From Candidatus Latescibacterota bacterium (GTDB lineage: Bacteria; Latescibacterota; UBA2968; UBA8231): a stretch of 64,000 nucleotides of DNA. The notes beneath the pieces are model-generated. The model was not told the DNA's origin and did no database searches. It saw only the letters and a list, made by a program, of their open reading frames with translations. Location of the stretch: positions 3,424,001 through 3,488,000 of the forward strand of contig OZ242318.1 in assembly GCA_965208105.1 (NCBI GenBank). Direction: 5' to 3'. The position numbers and the translations under genes are program-made. Shown one piece after another: positions 28,567 to 38,081 of the stretch (position 1 is the stretch's first letter; every line of letters starts with the position of its first letter).

Positions 28567-29421
28567 TCACTCCGAGGCGCGGGGCAGCCCCAGCTCGGTC
28601 AAAAACGCCGCCACTCCCTCGCTGTATAGTTTCTCCGAGGTCTCAAACCCGATGGCGTGGTCGCCGCTGATCTCGAGGAATTCCTTGGGCTCGGCTGCAG
28701 CTTCGTAGAGCCTCCTGCCGTGTTCGAAGGAGATCAGCCTGTCCCCCCGGCTGTGCACCACCAGCAATGGACAGGATTTTCGAGAAACATACTCGAGGGT
28801 GTCGTAGTCATAGCGGGCAAGCAGCCGGATCGGGAACAGGGGGTAGAGTTCCTGGCCAAGTTCCGGAATGGAGGTGAAGGTTGCCTCCAGCAGGAGGCCG
28901 GCGGGTTGCCGCCGCGAGGCGAGCCAGGCCGCCATGGGACCCCCGAGCGAGCGCCCGCAGACGACGATCCGGCTGGCATCCAGCCCGCGCTCCCGCACCA
29001 GGTAGTTCCATGCCGCCTCCGTATCCAGGTAGGTCCCCCGCTCCCCGGGCGTCCCTCCGCTCATTCCGTAGCCGCGGTAGTCGAAGACCAGCACGTTGAG
29101 TCCGAGGTCGTTGAATACCTCCACGGGAGGAAGGTAGTAGGAAATGTTCCCTCCCTTGCCGTGGCAGAACAGAACCGTCCACTCCGCCTGCCCGGAGGGC
29201 ACCCACCACCCGGACAGTCTCGTCCCGTCCGCGCTTGCAAAGGAAACCTCCTCGAATTGAAGCCCCGAGGACGCCGGGGTGGCGATGATTTCCCGCCGGG
29301 GCGCGTAGATCAGATGGGATTGAAAGATATAGAGCAGGCCTCCCAGGACGACGTAACCGACCACGGCGATCACCGCGACCATCGCCACCGTGCGGCCGAT
29401 GTCAAAGCCAAAAGGACTCAT
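28567..29421 (-). CDS. Membrane-anchored alpha/beta hydrolase
   Basis: FDYRGYG, GRSLGG, HS..D..I, GDH catalytic triad. Confidence 0.9.
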   Translation of the reverse strand: MSPFGFDIGRTVAMVAVIAVVGYVVLGGLLYIFQSHLIYAPRREIIATPASSGLQFEEVSFASADGTRLSGWWVPSGQAEWTVLFCHGKGGNISYYLPPVEVFNDLGLNVLVFDYRGYGMSGGTPGERGTYLDTEAAWNYLVRERGLDASRIVVCGRSLGGPMAAWLASRRQPAGLLLEATFTSIPELGQELYPLFPIRLLARYDYDTLEYVSRKSCPLLVVHSRGDRLISFEHGRRLYEAAAEPKEFLEISGDHAIGFETSEKLYSEGVAAFLTELGLPRASE

Positions 29422-29449
29422 ACCGGTCCCTCCATTCGTGGTTAGCCCA

Positions 29450-30157
29450 TTATTTCGAAATGACTCCGCGCGCCGAGAGAAACTGTTTCTCCAGGAACTC
29501 CGCCCCCCGGACGGTGTTTTTGTACCAATGAAGGCGCAGATCCAGCTTTTCTTCTTCCGTCAGCCTCCATGCCGCCCCTGACCTGCGGACCTTGCGCACG
29601 AGCTCTCGAAGCACGAGTGCAGCGCTCACCGAAACATTGAAGCTCTCCGTGAACCCGTACATGGGAATCGTCGCGGTCTCGTCAGCTTCTTCCAGTATGC
29701 TCCGGGTCAGGCCCGATTCCTCCGCGCCGAAAACCAGGGCGGTCCTGCATTCCACCTCCAGGTCCTCCAGGCTGCCGGCCGCCCCGTGCGGGGTTGTGGC
29801 AACCAGGCGATACCCGCGCGCCCGCAGCGCAGACATGCATGCCCGCGCGTTGTCCGCCCCGGGATCGCCGTAGCGCGTCAGCGTCAGCCACCTGGAAGCG
29901 CCCACGTCCACATCGGGATTGATCCTGCCGGTGTTTCCGCTCTCGATGATGTGGGCATCCTGGACCCCGAAGCACTCGCATGAGCGCAGTACCGCGCTGG
30001 TATTGTGGGGCTGGTAGACCTCCTCCAGGACCACGGTCAGATGGCGGGTCCTGTTCTGCAGAACCCGCTCTATCCGTTTCCTTCTCCTTGCCGTGACGAA
30101 AGCGGAGAAATATTCGGCCAACTCTATTTTCAGCGCCTGGTCCACCTCTTCATCCAT
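29450..30157 (-). CDS. trmH: TrmH/SpoU family tRNA 2'-O-methyltransferase
   Basis: PHN.SAVLRSC..FG, FGAE..G, IPMYGFTESFNVSVS. Confidence 0.85.
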   Translation of the reverse strand: MDEEVDQALKIELAEYFSAFVTARRRKRIERVLQNRTRHLTVVLEEVYQPHNTSAVLRSCECFGVQDAHIIESGNTGRINPDVDVGASRWLTLTRYGDPGADNARACMSALRARGYRLVATTPHGAAGSLEDLEVECRTALVFGAEESGLTRSILEEADETATIPMYGFTESFNVSVSAALVLRELVRKVRRSGAAWRLTEEEKLDLRLHWYKNTVRGAEFLEKQFLSARGVISK

Positions 30158-30309
30158 ATTTATTACAGCAATCTGTCACCAGCAGCGGTAGGGCACCGTC
30201 CGGTTTCTCGAAGGGGTCTCCACTGCCCGGGACTGGCGGTCCGGGCGGTTCCGGGAGCATCGCCCCCTGAAACCATGCCGCGTCACGAGGTGGGACCTCT
30301 TTCCGGCAG

Positions 30310-31881
30310 TCAGCCCGCATGGCTTGTTTCCAGGGCCCGGTAGCGGGGAATCAACCTGGCGTAGACCGAAGAGGCTGCAGGATCCGGCTCGATCGTCGAG
30401 CCGCTGACGGGCTCGGTGAAAGGAGCTGTGGCCTCCTTCCAGTCCCCGCCCGGTCCTTCCGGATTCGGGTGGCTGCAGGAAGCGCGCAGAGCCGCGCCCA
30501 GGGCCGCCGAGTTGGTGGTCACGAAGCGGTGCACCGGACAGTTGTGCACGTTGGCGAAGACCTGGAGTATTTCGGGGTTGGCCGAGGCTCCGCCGGTTAC
30601 GTAGAGCGACTTGATCTCGATCCCCATCCACCTGGAATGTATCTGCGAGGACATGGCCTGGGCCTCGATGACCGCGCGCACGTTTGCCCCGGCGTCGCTG
30701 GCGTTCAGATTTTTGCGGACGACTCCGGGCAGGGGGACCTTGGGCGCGATCTCGGGAGCGAAATACGGCAGCATGAGCGCCCCTCCATTTCCGGGCGGGG
30801 TGGATCGCAGAGCCTGGCCGAAACCTTCCCAATCGAGGCCGTATTCCCGGCGCACGGCATCGCGCGCAAGGCTGCCGTTGAGAAAGCAGAGGAGGCCCAT
30901 GTAGTTGGTTCCGTCGGGAGACGCGAATACCGCTCCCTCTCCGTCGTCCGATGTGCGCGGTGCGTCCATGCAGGCAAAGAGGGTATCGGATGTCCCCAGG
31001 CTCAGGGCGACCCGGCCGGGTTCGACCAGGCCCATTCCGATCAGGCTGCAGGGGTTGTCCCCGGAGAACGGCAGGATCATGCACCCCGGGTCGAAGCCGT
31101 AGCGCTCGACGAAATAGGGGCTGAGGCGGCCGAGAACCCGGGTAGAGGGCACGATGGGCAACAGCTTGCGGTCCAGGTCGGGGGCAGTGGCGGCTAAAGC
31201 TTCCCGGCTCCACTTCCGGGTGCGGATATCCATCAGGTTCGTGCCGCTCCCGTCGCCGGGGTCCACCCCCACCAGGCGCCCGGCCAGAAGGCTGGCCATG
31301 TAGGAGCTCACCAGGCAGATGCAGGCGGTGTCTGCGTAGGCTTCCGGGTCGGTCTGGAAGAACTTGCGGATCTGGGGACCGCTGAAGCGCTCGAAGGCAG
31401 CGTTGCCGCTCAACTCGAGCAGGGCCCTGCCGCCTCCCAGGTTCGCCTCGATCTCCCGGCACTGGGGCGCGGTCGAAGTGTCCATCCAGACCGGCGCGGT
31501 CGGCCGCGAGAATATGCGCTCGACCTGGACCGCGAGGGGCAGGCTGGGGTCCAGGCCGGCCAATGCCCCGGCAGCCCCATGGTTGAGGTAGACGGTTCCG
31601 TGCTGCTGGCCGCTGCCCGCAATGGCCTCTATGGAGCCAAGGTCGCAGCCTCTATCGCCGAGGAGCTGGAAGAGCAGGTCCAGGGCCTCCGCCCACATCA
31701 GAGGGGAGCTGTGCACCACTCCCTCGCCCAGGTCCAGGATGCCGTTCTCGATGCCGTAGGAATCCTTGAAATGGGAGTCGAAATTGATCGATTCCTCGGC
31801 GCTGATCTCCTCCCTTCCGGCGTCGATGACGATCGCCGTCATGGATTGGGTGCTGGCGTCGATACCCAGGTACTTGCCCAT
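30310..31881 (-). CDS. Xylulokinase, eukaryote-type FGGY kinase (XYLB/Xks1-like)
   Basis: GIDASTQS, GSGQQHG.VY, ERFSGPQIRK, LVSS..ASL, DGSG.NL.DI, GDNP, SLGTSDT, CF.NGSLAR, TGGAS.N. Confidence 0.8.
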   Translation of the reverse strand: MGKYLGIDASTQSMTAIVIDAGREEISAEESINFDSHFKDSYGIENGILDLGEGVVHSSPLMWAEALDLLFQLLGDRGCDLGSIEAIAGSGQQHGTVYLNHGAAGALAGLDPSLPLAVQVERIFSRPTAPVWMDTSTAPQCREIEANLGGGRALLELSGNAAFERFSGPQIRKFFQTDPEAYADTACICLVSSYMASLLAGRLVGVDPGDGSGTNLMDIRTRKWSREALAATAPDLDRKLLPIVPSTRVLGRLSPYFVERYGFDPGCMILPFSGDNPCSLIGMGLVEPGRVALSLGTSDTLFACMDAPRTSDDGEGAVFASPDGTNYMGLLCFLNGSLARDAVRREYGLDWEGFGQALRSTPPGNGGALMLPYFAPEIAPKVPLPGVVRKNLNASDAGANVRAVIEAQAMSSQIHSRWMGIEIKSLYVTGGASANPEILQVFANVHNCPVHRFVTTNSAALGAALRASCSHPNPEGPGGDWKEATAPFTEPVSGSTIEPDPAASSVYARLIPRYRALETSHAG

Positions 31882-32151
31882 GGGATGTCTCTTCTTTAGG
31901 TTGTGAAATATCAGCGCGAAAGAATGCAGGGGATAACTAAAAGAAACGGCAATCTGCGTGCAAAACCAGGCGGCCGTTTCGGGGACGGGTCCAGGGTGGA
32001 GGGCGGTGCACGGGGGTGCGGGGAGGCGCCGCCGGGGGAGCGCCCGGCCACGGTTCGAGGGCTTGCAGGGCGCGGGTGAGGAATTGCGAGAGGTGGCCGA
32101 TGGCCGCCGCTGGGGAAAGAGGCTGGGAAAGATATATGAAAGGACGGGGTT

Positions 32152-33441
32152 GTGCCGGGTCTAAAGGAAGTCGATCCTGAAATTGTGCAAATCATTGCTG
32201 CTGAGAATCGTCGGCAGCACAACAAAATCCGCCTGATTCCCTCCGAAAACTACGTCAGCCAGGCCGTGCTGGAAGCCACTGGCTCCATCCTGACCAACAA
32301 GTACTCCGAGGGGTATGCCGGCAGACGCTATTACGAGGGGCAGCAGCAGATCGACCGCCTGGAGGAGCTGTGTGCAGCCAGGGCGCGGGAGCTGTTCGGC
32401 GCCGAACACGTCAACGTGCAGCCCTACTCGGGCTCGCCCGCCAACCAGGCTGTGTATGTGGCCCTTGCCCGTCCCGGCGATACGGTGATGGGACTTGACC
32501 TTGCCCACGGCGGCCACCTGACCCATGGTGCCGGAGTAAGCGTTTCGGGCATGCACTACAAGGCCGTTCAATACGGAGTCAGAAAAGGGACGGGCGAGTT
32601 GGACTATGACCAGGTGGAGGTCCTGGCCAGGGAGCACGAGCCCAAGGTGATATTCTGCGGCGGGACAGCCTATCCACGCATAATCGACTTCGAGCGGTTT
32701 GCCGAAATCGGCCGGAAAGTCGGCTCCGTGGTGGTGGCGGATATTGCCCACATCGCGGGGCTGGTGGCCGCTGGGGTCCATCCCAGTCCCTTTCCCCATG
32801 TAGACATAGTCACGACCACCACGCACAAGACCCTCAGGGGACCTCGCGGCGGCATGATCATGTGCAAGAAGAAGTACGCCGGGGTCCTGGACAAGGCCCT
32901 GTTCCCAGGCCTTCAGGGGGGGCCGCACAATCACACCACCGCCGCCATCGCCGTTGCTCTCAAGGAGGCTGCCACCGAAGGGTTCAGGACCTATGCCGCC
33001 GGGATTGTCGCCAACGCCAGGACTCTGGCCGAGGCCCTCAAGAGCCATGGCTTCGATCTGAGCTCGGGCGGCACCGACAACCACCTGATCCTCATCGACA
33101 TGGCCTCCAGGAAGCTCACCGGAAAGCAGATGGCCAAGACCCTGGATGCGGCCGGGATCGTGTGCAACTTCAACCGGATCCCCTTCGATCCCCGCCCCGC
33201 TCTCAATCCAAGCGGAATTCGCCTTGGCACTCCGGCGGTAACCAGCCGCGGCTTCGGAGAGAAGGAAATGGTGAAGCTGGCGGATTGGATGGATCGGATC
33301 GCCGCGGTGCGGGCGGACGAAGGCCTGGAACTGGAGGATAGAAGGATGGTTTACAGAGAGGTTGCCGCTGAAGTAAAAGCTCTCTGCGACCGCTTCCCCG
33401 CACCCGGCTTGCTCTACGGGGACGCCGGCAATCCTTCCTGA
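32152..33441 (+). CDS. glyA: Serine hydroxymethyltransferase
   Basis: LIPSEN, NKYSEGY, GGHLTHG, TTTTHKTLRGPRGG, GGTDNH, SGIRLGT. Confidence 0.97.
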   Translation: MPGLKEVDPEIVQIIAAENRRQHNKIRLIPSENYVSQAVLEATGSILTNKYSEGYAGRRYYEGQQQIDRLEELCAARARELFGAEHVNVQPYSGSPANQAVYVALARPGDTVMGLDLAHGGHLTHGAGVSVSGMHYKAVQYGVRKGTGELDYDQVEVLAREHEPKVIFCGGTAYPRIIDFERFAEIGRKVGSVVVADIAHIAGLVAAGVHPSPFPHVDIVTTTTHKTLRGPRGGMIMCKKKYAGVLDKALFPGLQGGPHNHTTAAIAVALKEAATEGFRTYAAGIVANARTLAEALKSHGFDLSSGGTDNHLILIDMASRKLTGKQMAKTLDAAGIVCNFNRIPFDPRPALNPSGIRLGTPAVTSRGFGEKEMVKLADWMDRIAAVRADEGLELEDRRMVYREVAAEVKALCDRFPAPGLLYGDAGNPS

Positions 33442-33576
33442 ACAGGATTCCCCTTCCATCAGCCGCCTGGGGGAGGCGGATCTTCGAGAGGATGTCGCGC
33501 TCCGGTCCTCGGAGGAGCCCTGATTTCGGCCGACTCCTGCCTGGAGTCGACCTCAGGCGCGGATCCTCCGGGTTTC

Positions 33577-33672
33577 CTAACCGCCGAATATGGTCATCCC
33601 GAACTGCAGGAACAACCAGGTAAGTGCGACGAGGATCAGGAAGGGAGCAAAATTACTTCCGCTGGTTTTCAT
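33577..33672 (-). CDS. 31-aa single-transmembrane small protein (not in ORF track)
   Basis: MKTSGSNFAPFLILVALTWLFLQFGMTIFGG; SD GGGAGG 5 nt before ATG; AT-rich promoter region at about 33712-33750. Confidence 0.6.
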   Translation of the reverse strand: MKTSGSNFAPFLILVALTWLFLQFGMTIFGG

Positions 33673-33981
33673 GATAGCCTCCCGGCTCCCGGGGAGTAGG
33701 GGACTATGCTCCCTATTTAATAAATAGTGACAAATATCGCAAGCAACTTACACTGGGAGTTCATGCTCCGGACCGATTCATCAGGTTGAGGGCAGGTGCC
33801 TGCGGGCGAAATCCAGGGTGCGAAGGATGGCGCCTGAGCCCCCGGCTCGCAACGGCGCCTGAGCGCGTCGCGCCGGGGTGTGCGGGAAGCGGGGACGACG
33901 CCCCGAGCCGGGATGCCGCGGCGGGGCCGTATTTACGCGGAATCGAGCAGGCAGGCATAGTTTCAGAGCGACGGCAGAGCC

Positions 33982-34869
33982 ATGGGTGACCAGAGAACAG
34001 CCAGCCTCTACGGAATTGCCGCCGTCTTGCTGTGGTCCACCGTGGCATCGGCTTTCAAGCTCTCGCTGCGCTACCTGGATTGCCTTCAGCTTCTCCTCTT
34101 CGCCAACATTGCCTCCATCCTCGTCCTGGGCGCGGTATTGGTCCTCCAGGGTAAATCCGGACTTGTCCTTTCCTTTACCCCAAGGCAGTACCTGCGGTCG
34201 CTGGGTTTGGGGTTTCTGAACCCCTTCCTCTACTACCTCGTGCTGTTCAAGGCCTACGATCTGCTGCCGGCGCAGGAAGCCCAGGCGCTCAACTACACCT
34301 GGGCCCTGACCCTGGCGTTCCTGTCCATTCCCCTCCTGGGGCAGAGGATAGGACTGCGCGATCTGGTTGCGGGCCTTGTGTGCTATTCGGGGGTGCTTGT
34401 GATCTCCACCCGGGGCGACGTCCTCGGCTTGCAGTTCTCCAACCCCGCGGGTGTTTCCCTCGCCCTGGGAAGCACCATCCTATGGGCCCTCTACTGGATC
34501 TACAATACCAGGGACGAGCGCGACCCGGCAGCCGGACTGTTTCTCAATTTTGCATTTGGTCTGCCGTTCGTTCTGGTCGCTTTCCTGATTTTCTCGGATT
34601 TTCCCGAACTCGATCCCCCAGGCCTGCTGGGAGCTGCCTATGTAGGTGTTTTCGAGATGGGAATCACATTCGTGCTCTGGCTGGCCGCGCTGAAACGATC
34701 CGAGAACACCTCCAGGGTCGCCAATTTGATTTTCGTCTCCCCCTTCCTCTCCCTTATCTTCATCCACTTTCTCGTCGGCGAGGAAATCCTCGGTTCCACC
34801 TTCGCTGGACTGGTGCTGATCGTCGCAGGTCTCTTCATCCAGCGCATGAAAACGGTGAAAACGGAATGA
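33982..34869 (+). CDS. DMT/EamA family transporter
   Basis: About 10 transmembrane segments in two EamA repeats. Confidence 0.9.
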   Translation: MGDQRTASLYGIAAVLLWSTVASAFKLSLRYLDCLQLLLFANIASILVLGAVLVLQGKSGLVLSFTPRQYLRSLGLGFLNPFLYYLVLFKAYDLLPAQEAQALNYTWALTLAFLSIPLLGQRIGLRDLVAGLVCYSGVLVISTRGDVLGLQFSNPAGVSLALGSTILWALYWIYNTRDERDPAAGLFLNFAFGLPFVLVAFLIFSDFPELDPPGLLGAAYVGVFEMGITFVLWLAALKRSENTSRVANLIFVSPFLSLIFIHFLVGEEILGSTFAGLVLIVAGLFIQRMKTVKTE

Positions 34870-35108
34870 AGGGGCCCCTCCACCTTGCGGATCAGGTCTG
34901 GTTCAATAGCATTTGCGCTTGCTATCCCGACTGAGGTTCCTGCATATTAGAACCAGTCAGGCAGCTCCCGCTCAGCTCCGGTGACCATTGACCGCCGCCT
35001 GCCCCTTCCGTCCCCGGACCGCAAGGCGATTCGGGAAGCGGCGCGCCCCTGGAATGGTCCCTTCTCCTCCGCATCCGAATATTTTCGCTTTCCGCTACTT
35101 CTCTGCGC

Positions 35109-35621
35109 ATGAAGCTCGCCTTCCTATCTCTCCTTTTCTCCGCACTCCTGTGGGCATGCGGCTCGATTGCCCCGGCGCCGCGCTACACCCACTCCGACGG
35201 CCCCGGCAGAGTGATGAGCGAGCTTCAGAAACGCCGCCGCGCCGGCAAGGGACGGCTTCTGCGCGTGGTGGACTCCTACCTTGGCGTACCCTACAAATGG
35301 GGCGGCACCACGCGGAAGGGCATGGATTGCTCTGCCATGACCCGCGCGGTCTACCGTGAAACCTATGGACTGGAGTTGCCCCGGACTTCCAGGCAGATGT
35401 ACCGGTTGGGGAGGAGCATCCGCAAATCCGATCTCAAGCCCGGGGACCTGGTTTTCTTCACCGATACCTACTCGGGGGTCGGAGTTTCCCACGTGGGAAT
35501 CTATATCGGCAAGGGCCGGTTTGCCCACGCCAGCGTCAGCGAGGGGGGCACGATAACCTCCCTGGCCCATCCCTATTTCGATATCCGCTATGCCGGCGCG
35601 CGCAGGATAACGAGGCGCTGA
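35109..35621 (+). CDS. NlpC/P60 (C40) lipoprotein peptidase
   Basis: Lipobox LWAC; YLGVPYKWGG, DCS, PGDLVFF, HVGIY, HAS. Confidence 0.93.
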   Translation: MKLAFLSLLFSALLWACGSIAPAPRYTHSDGPGRVMSELQKRRRAGKGRLLRVVDSYLGVPYKWGGTTRKGMDCSAMTRAVYRETYGLELPRTSRQMYRLGRSIRKSDLKPGDLVFFTDTYSGVGVSHVGIYIGKGRFAHASVSEGGTITSLAHPYFDIRYAGARRITRR

Positions 35622-35626
35622 CAGGT

Positions 35627-36949
35627 ATGCGTATCTTTTCGAGGGAGAAGGCAGTATTCCTCTTTGGGGCCGTCGGGGTCGAGGCCGGTCTGCTCTTCAT
35701 CGTCTTCCTCGGAGACCTGCGCCCTCAGATTACCCTGTTCTGGTGCGGCCTCCTGGTGGCATTTCTAAGCTACCTCCTCTGTGCATTTCGGGTTTGCAGG
35801 AAGCCCGGCTGCTCGCTTGTGGGCGTGCTCGTTGCTGCCATCGTATTTCGCCTGACCCTGCTGGGGAGCCAGCCTTCCCTGTCGGACGACGTCTACCGCT
35901 ATGTGTGGGACGGAAGGGTGCAGTTGAGCGGAATCAACCCCTATCTCCACCCGCCCTCCGCACCGGAGTTGGAACACCTGCGCGACGAATTCTATCCAGG
36001 CATCAACCACAAGGACGTTCCGACTGTATACCCGCCTGTAACCCAGTTCTATTTTCGCCTGGTCTGTTCACTTGCGCCTGCCCCGACGGCGATGAAGTGC
36101 GGGTTGGCCCTCTTCGAGTTCGGGATAGTGCTCCTGCTCGTCGGAATCCTTCGTCAGCGCCGGCAGGACGGGCGCAGGGTGCTGATCTACGCGTGGAATC
36201 CGCTCCCCGTAATCGAGGTCGCCGGCAGCGGCCACAGCGATGCCCTCGGGGTTTTTTTCCTGATGCTCTCCCTCTACGCCCTGAACGGCGGACGCCGAAG
36301 CGCTGCGGTGTGGGCCCTCGCCGCGGCTTCTCTCGTCAAATTCGTCCCCGTCCTGGCGCTCGCGGCCTTCTGGCGCCGAATGGGGTCGTCCTGGTTCGAG
36401 CTGAGACGTCGCTGGTGCCTGCTGTGGTTTCCCGCCCTGGTCGCTGCCGCGTATCTGCCCTTTGTCGGTGCGGGGGAGCAGCTGATCGCGGGGCTGAAGG
36501 CCTATGCCTACAAGTGGCGCTTCAACGATGCCCTTTTCTCAATTGCGCTCGGTGTCTCGGAATTTTTCAACCCGGGCCCGGACGGCGGTTCCTTGATGCT
36601 GGCGAAGTGGATCTGTGCCGGAGTCCTTCTTCTCGTGGTGCTTTGGACGGCCCTGCGCTGCTCCGACGTTTACCGCACTCTCTTCGTGGTTATGGGCGCA
36701 TGGCTCTTGCTCATGCCTGTCCTGCATCCCTGGTACCTGATGTGGATCCTGCCCTTTCTGCCCCTTTTTCCGCGTCCTTCCTGGATACTCTTCAGCGGCC
36801 TCGCCTTTCTTGCCTATGAAGTTCTGATTGGCTATAGTAGGGATGGAACATGGCAGGAACAGACCTGGGTGAAATGGGCCCAGTACTGTCCGTTCTACTT
36901 TCTCCTTGTGTTCTATCCCGCCTACCGACGGTGGCGGGCTGATCGTTGA
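35627..36949 (+). CDS. GT-C (GT87-like) membrane glycosyltransferase
   Basis: LSDDVYRYVWDG, INPY, YPP, YAWNPL..E..G.GH.D, HPWY. Confidence 0.85.
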   Translation: MRIFSREKAVFLFGAVGVEAGLLFIVFLGDLRPQITLFWCGLLVAFLSYLLCAFRVCRKPGCSLVGVLVAAIVFRLTLLGSQPSLSDDVYRYVWDGRVQLSGINPYLHPPSAPELEHLRDEFYPGINHKDVPTVYPPVTQFYFRLVCSLAPAPTAMKCGLALFEFGIVLLLVGILRQRRQDGRRVLIYAWNPLPVIEVAGSGHSDALGVFFLMLSLYALNGGRRSAAVWALAAASLVKFVPVLALAAFWRRMGSSWFELRRRWCLLWFPALVAAAYLPFVGAGEQLIAGLKAYAYKWRFNDALFSIALGVSEFFNPGPDGGSLMLAKWICAGVLLLVVLWTALRCSDVYRTLFVVMGAWLLLMPVLHPWYLMWILPFLPLFPRPSWILFSGLAFLAYEVLIGYSRDGTWQEQTWVKWAQYCPFYFLLVFYPAYRRWRADR

Positions 36950-37172
36950 AATCGGGGAACTTCGGGTTGCCTTGAAACGTGTACCTGTTGCAAATCCAGG
37001 CGCTTTCACGGAGTAATCCTGCGCAAGCGGCCTCGAATGCCCGGGGCGGCCCCGGGGTGCGCGCGAGCCGTGGACCTGGAATCTCGCCATGGGTGTCCGG
37101 TCATTCAGGAAATTCTATCGATGCCATGGAACGAGGAACGCCAGCCCTTTTCCCCTCCGAGGTTGAAGGAAA

Positions 37173-38081
37173 ATGTCGGGAAGCCGGCCTGCCTTGAAAT
37201 ACATACTCACCTGGGGCGCCTTGTCAGTATGCTGCCTGTATCTGGTGGGATGCCTGGAGCTGATTCGCCGCAGCCCGGCAAAGGGGGTGGAGCAGGGAAG
37301 TGCATTCACCTCCGTCCAGACGCGGGAGGACGGGACGACCGCCGCGGATGCCGGGGGCGAGGAGGATGGTGATGCGGCTGCCGAGCCGGACTCCTCGGGG
37401 TCCGAGGTTGTCGAGGGACCCGGGGCAGCAGAGGATTCACCGAAGATCACTGTGCATGATAAGGAGGAGGGACCGGCCGGGGGAGACCATCCGTCCTCAG
37501 CTCCTGGAGGAAAGGCAGGGGAGCCAGCCGCTTCCGGGGGACAGGGTGTTCAAGCCGCGGCCGGAGGAGCTCCAATGGACCCGGAAAAGGCCGGGGAGCT
37601 CGGTGATTCCCCGAATGCATCAGGGTCCGAACCGGTGATTGAAGGGCCTGCGCCTGTGGCTCCCAGGGCCGAAAAAGTAAGGCACACCAGGCGCAGCCGC
37701 AGTCGCGGTCAGGAGATCAGGCAGGTCAATGAATACGCGTTCTGGTGTCTTGAGAAGGGCCTGTGGAACGAAGCCAGGCTGCATCTGGAACAGGCGGTGG
37801 AACGGGACAGCCTGGCCGCCAGCCTGCACAACAACCTGGGAATCATCTACGAGCGCATGGGCCACGAGGAGAAGGCCCTGGCCGCCTACGGCAAAGCCTG
37901 GGACCTGAGTCCCAGGAAGAAGGCCTACAGGGACAACCTGGAGAAACTAAAGAGGCGGCAGCGGGCGATTCCCGACAGCGCCGTGCGAATAGACATCATC
38001 GACCTGGAAGACCAGGCCGAGCAGGGTCCGGCATCCGGCAGCCCCGCGGAAGCCCGGCAGTCAATCCTGGCGGGAGGGTAG
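37173..38081 (+). CDS. TPR-containing lipoprotein with disordered linker
   Basis: Lipobox LVGC; acidic/Pro/Gly linker; GLWNEA...HNNLGIIYE..G..EKAL.AY.KA. Confidence 0.75.
   Translation: MSGSRPALKYILTWGALSVCCLYLVGCLELIRRSPAKGVEQGSAFTSVQTREDGTTAADAGGEEDGDAAAEPDSSGSEVVEGPGAAEDSPKITVHDKEEGPAGGDHPSSAPGGKAGEPAASGGQGVQAAAGGAPMDPEKAGELGDSPNASGSEPVIEGPAPVAPRAEKVRHTRRSRSRGQEIRQVNEYAFWCLEKGLWNEARLHLEQAVERDSLAASLHNNLGIIYERMGHEEKALAAYGKAWDLSPRKKAYRDNLEKLKRRQRAIPDSAVRIDIIDLEDQAEQGPASGSPAEARQSILAGG

Noticed and set aside
33780-33980. Riboswitch upstream of the EamA transporter
   Set aside because: Only a short GGCGCCTGAGC direct repeat and GC pairing; no consensus I can match.
37763-38080. N-terminal extension of the Omp85 ORF
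   Set aside because: It overlaps the TPR gene out of frame, and the signal peptide begins after 38081.
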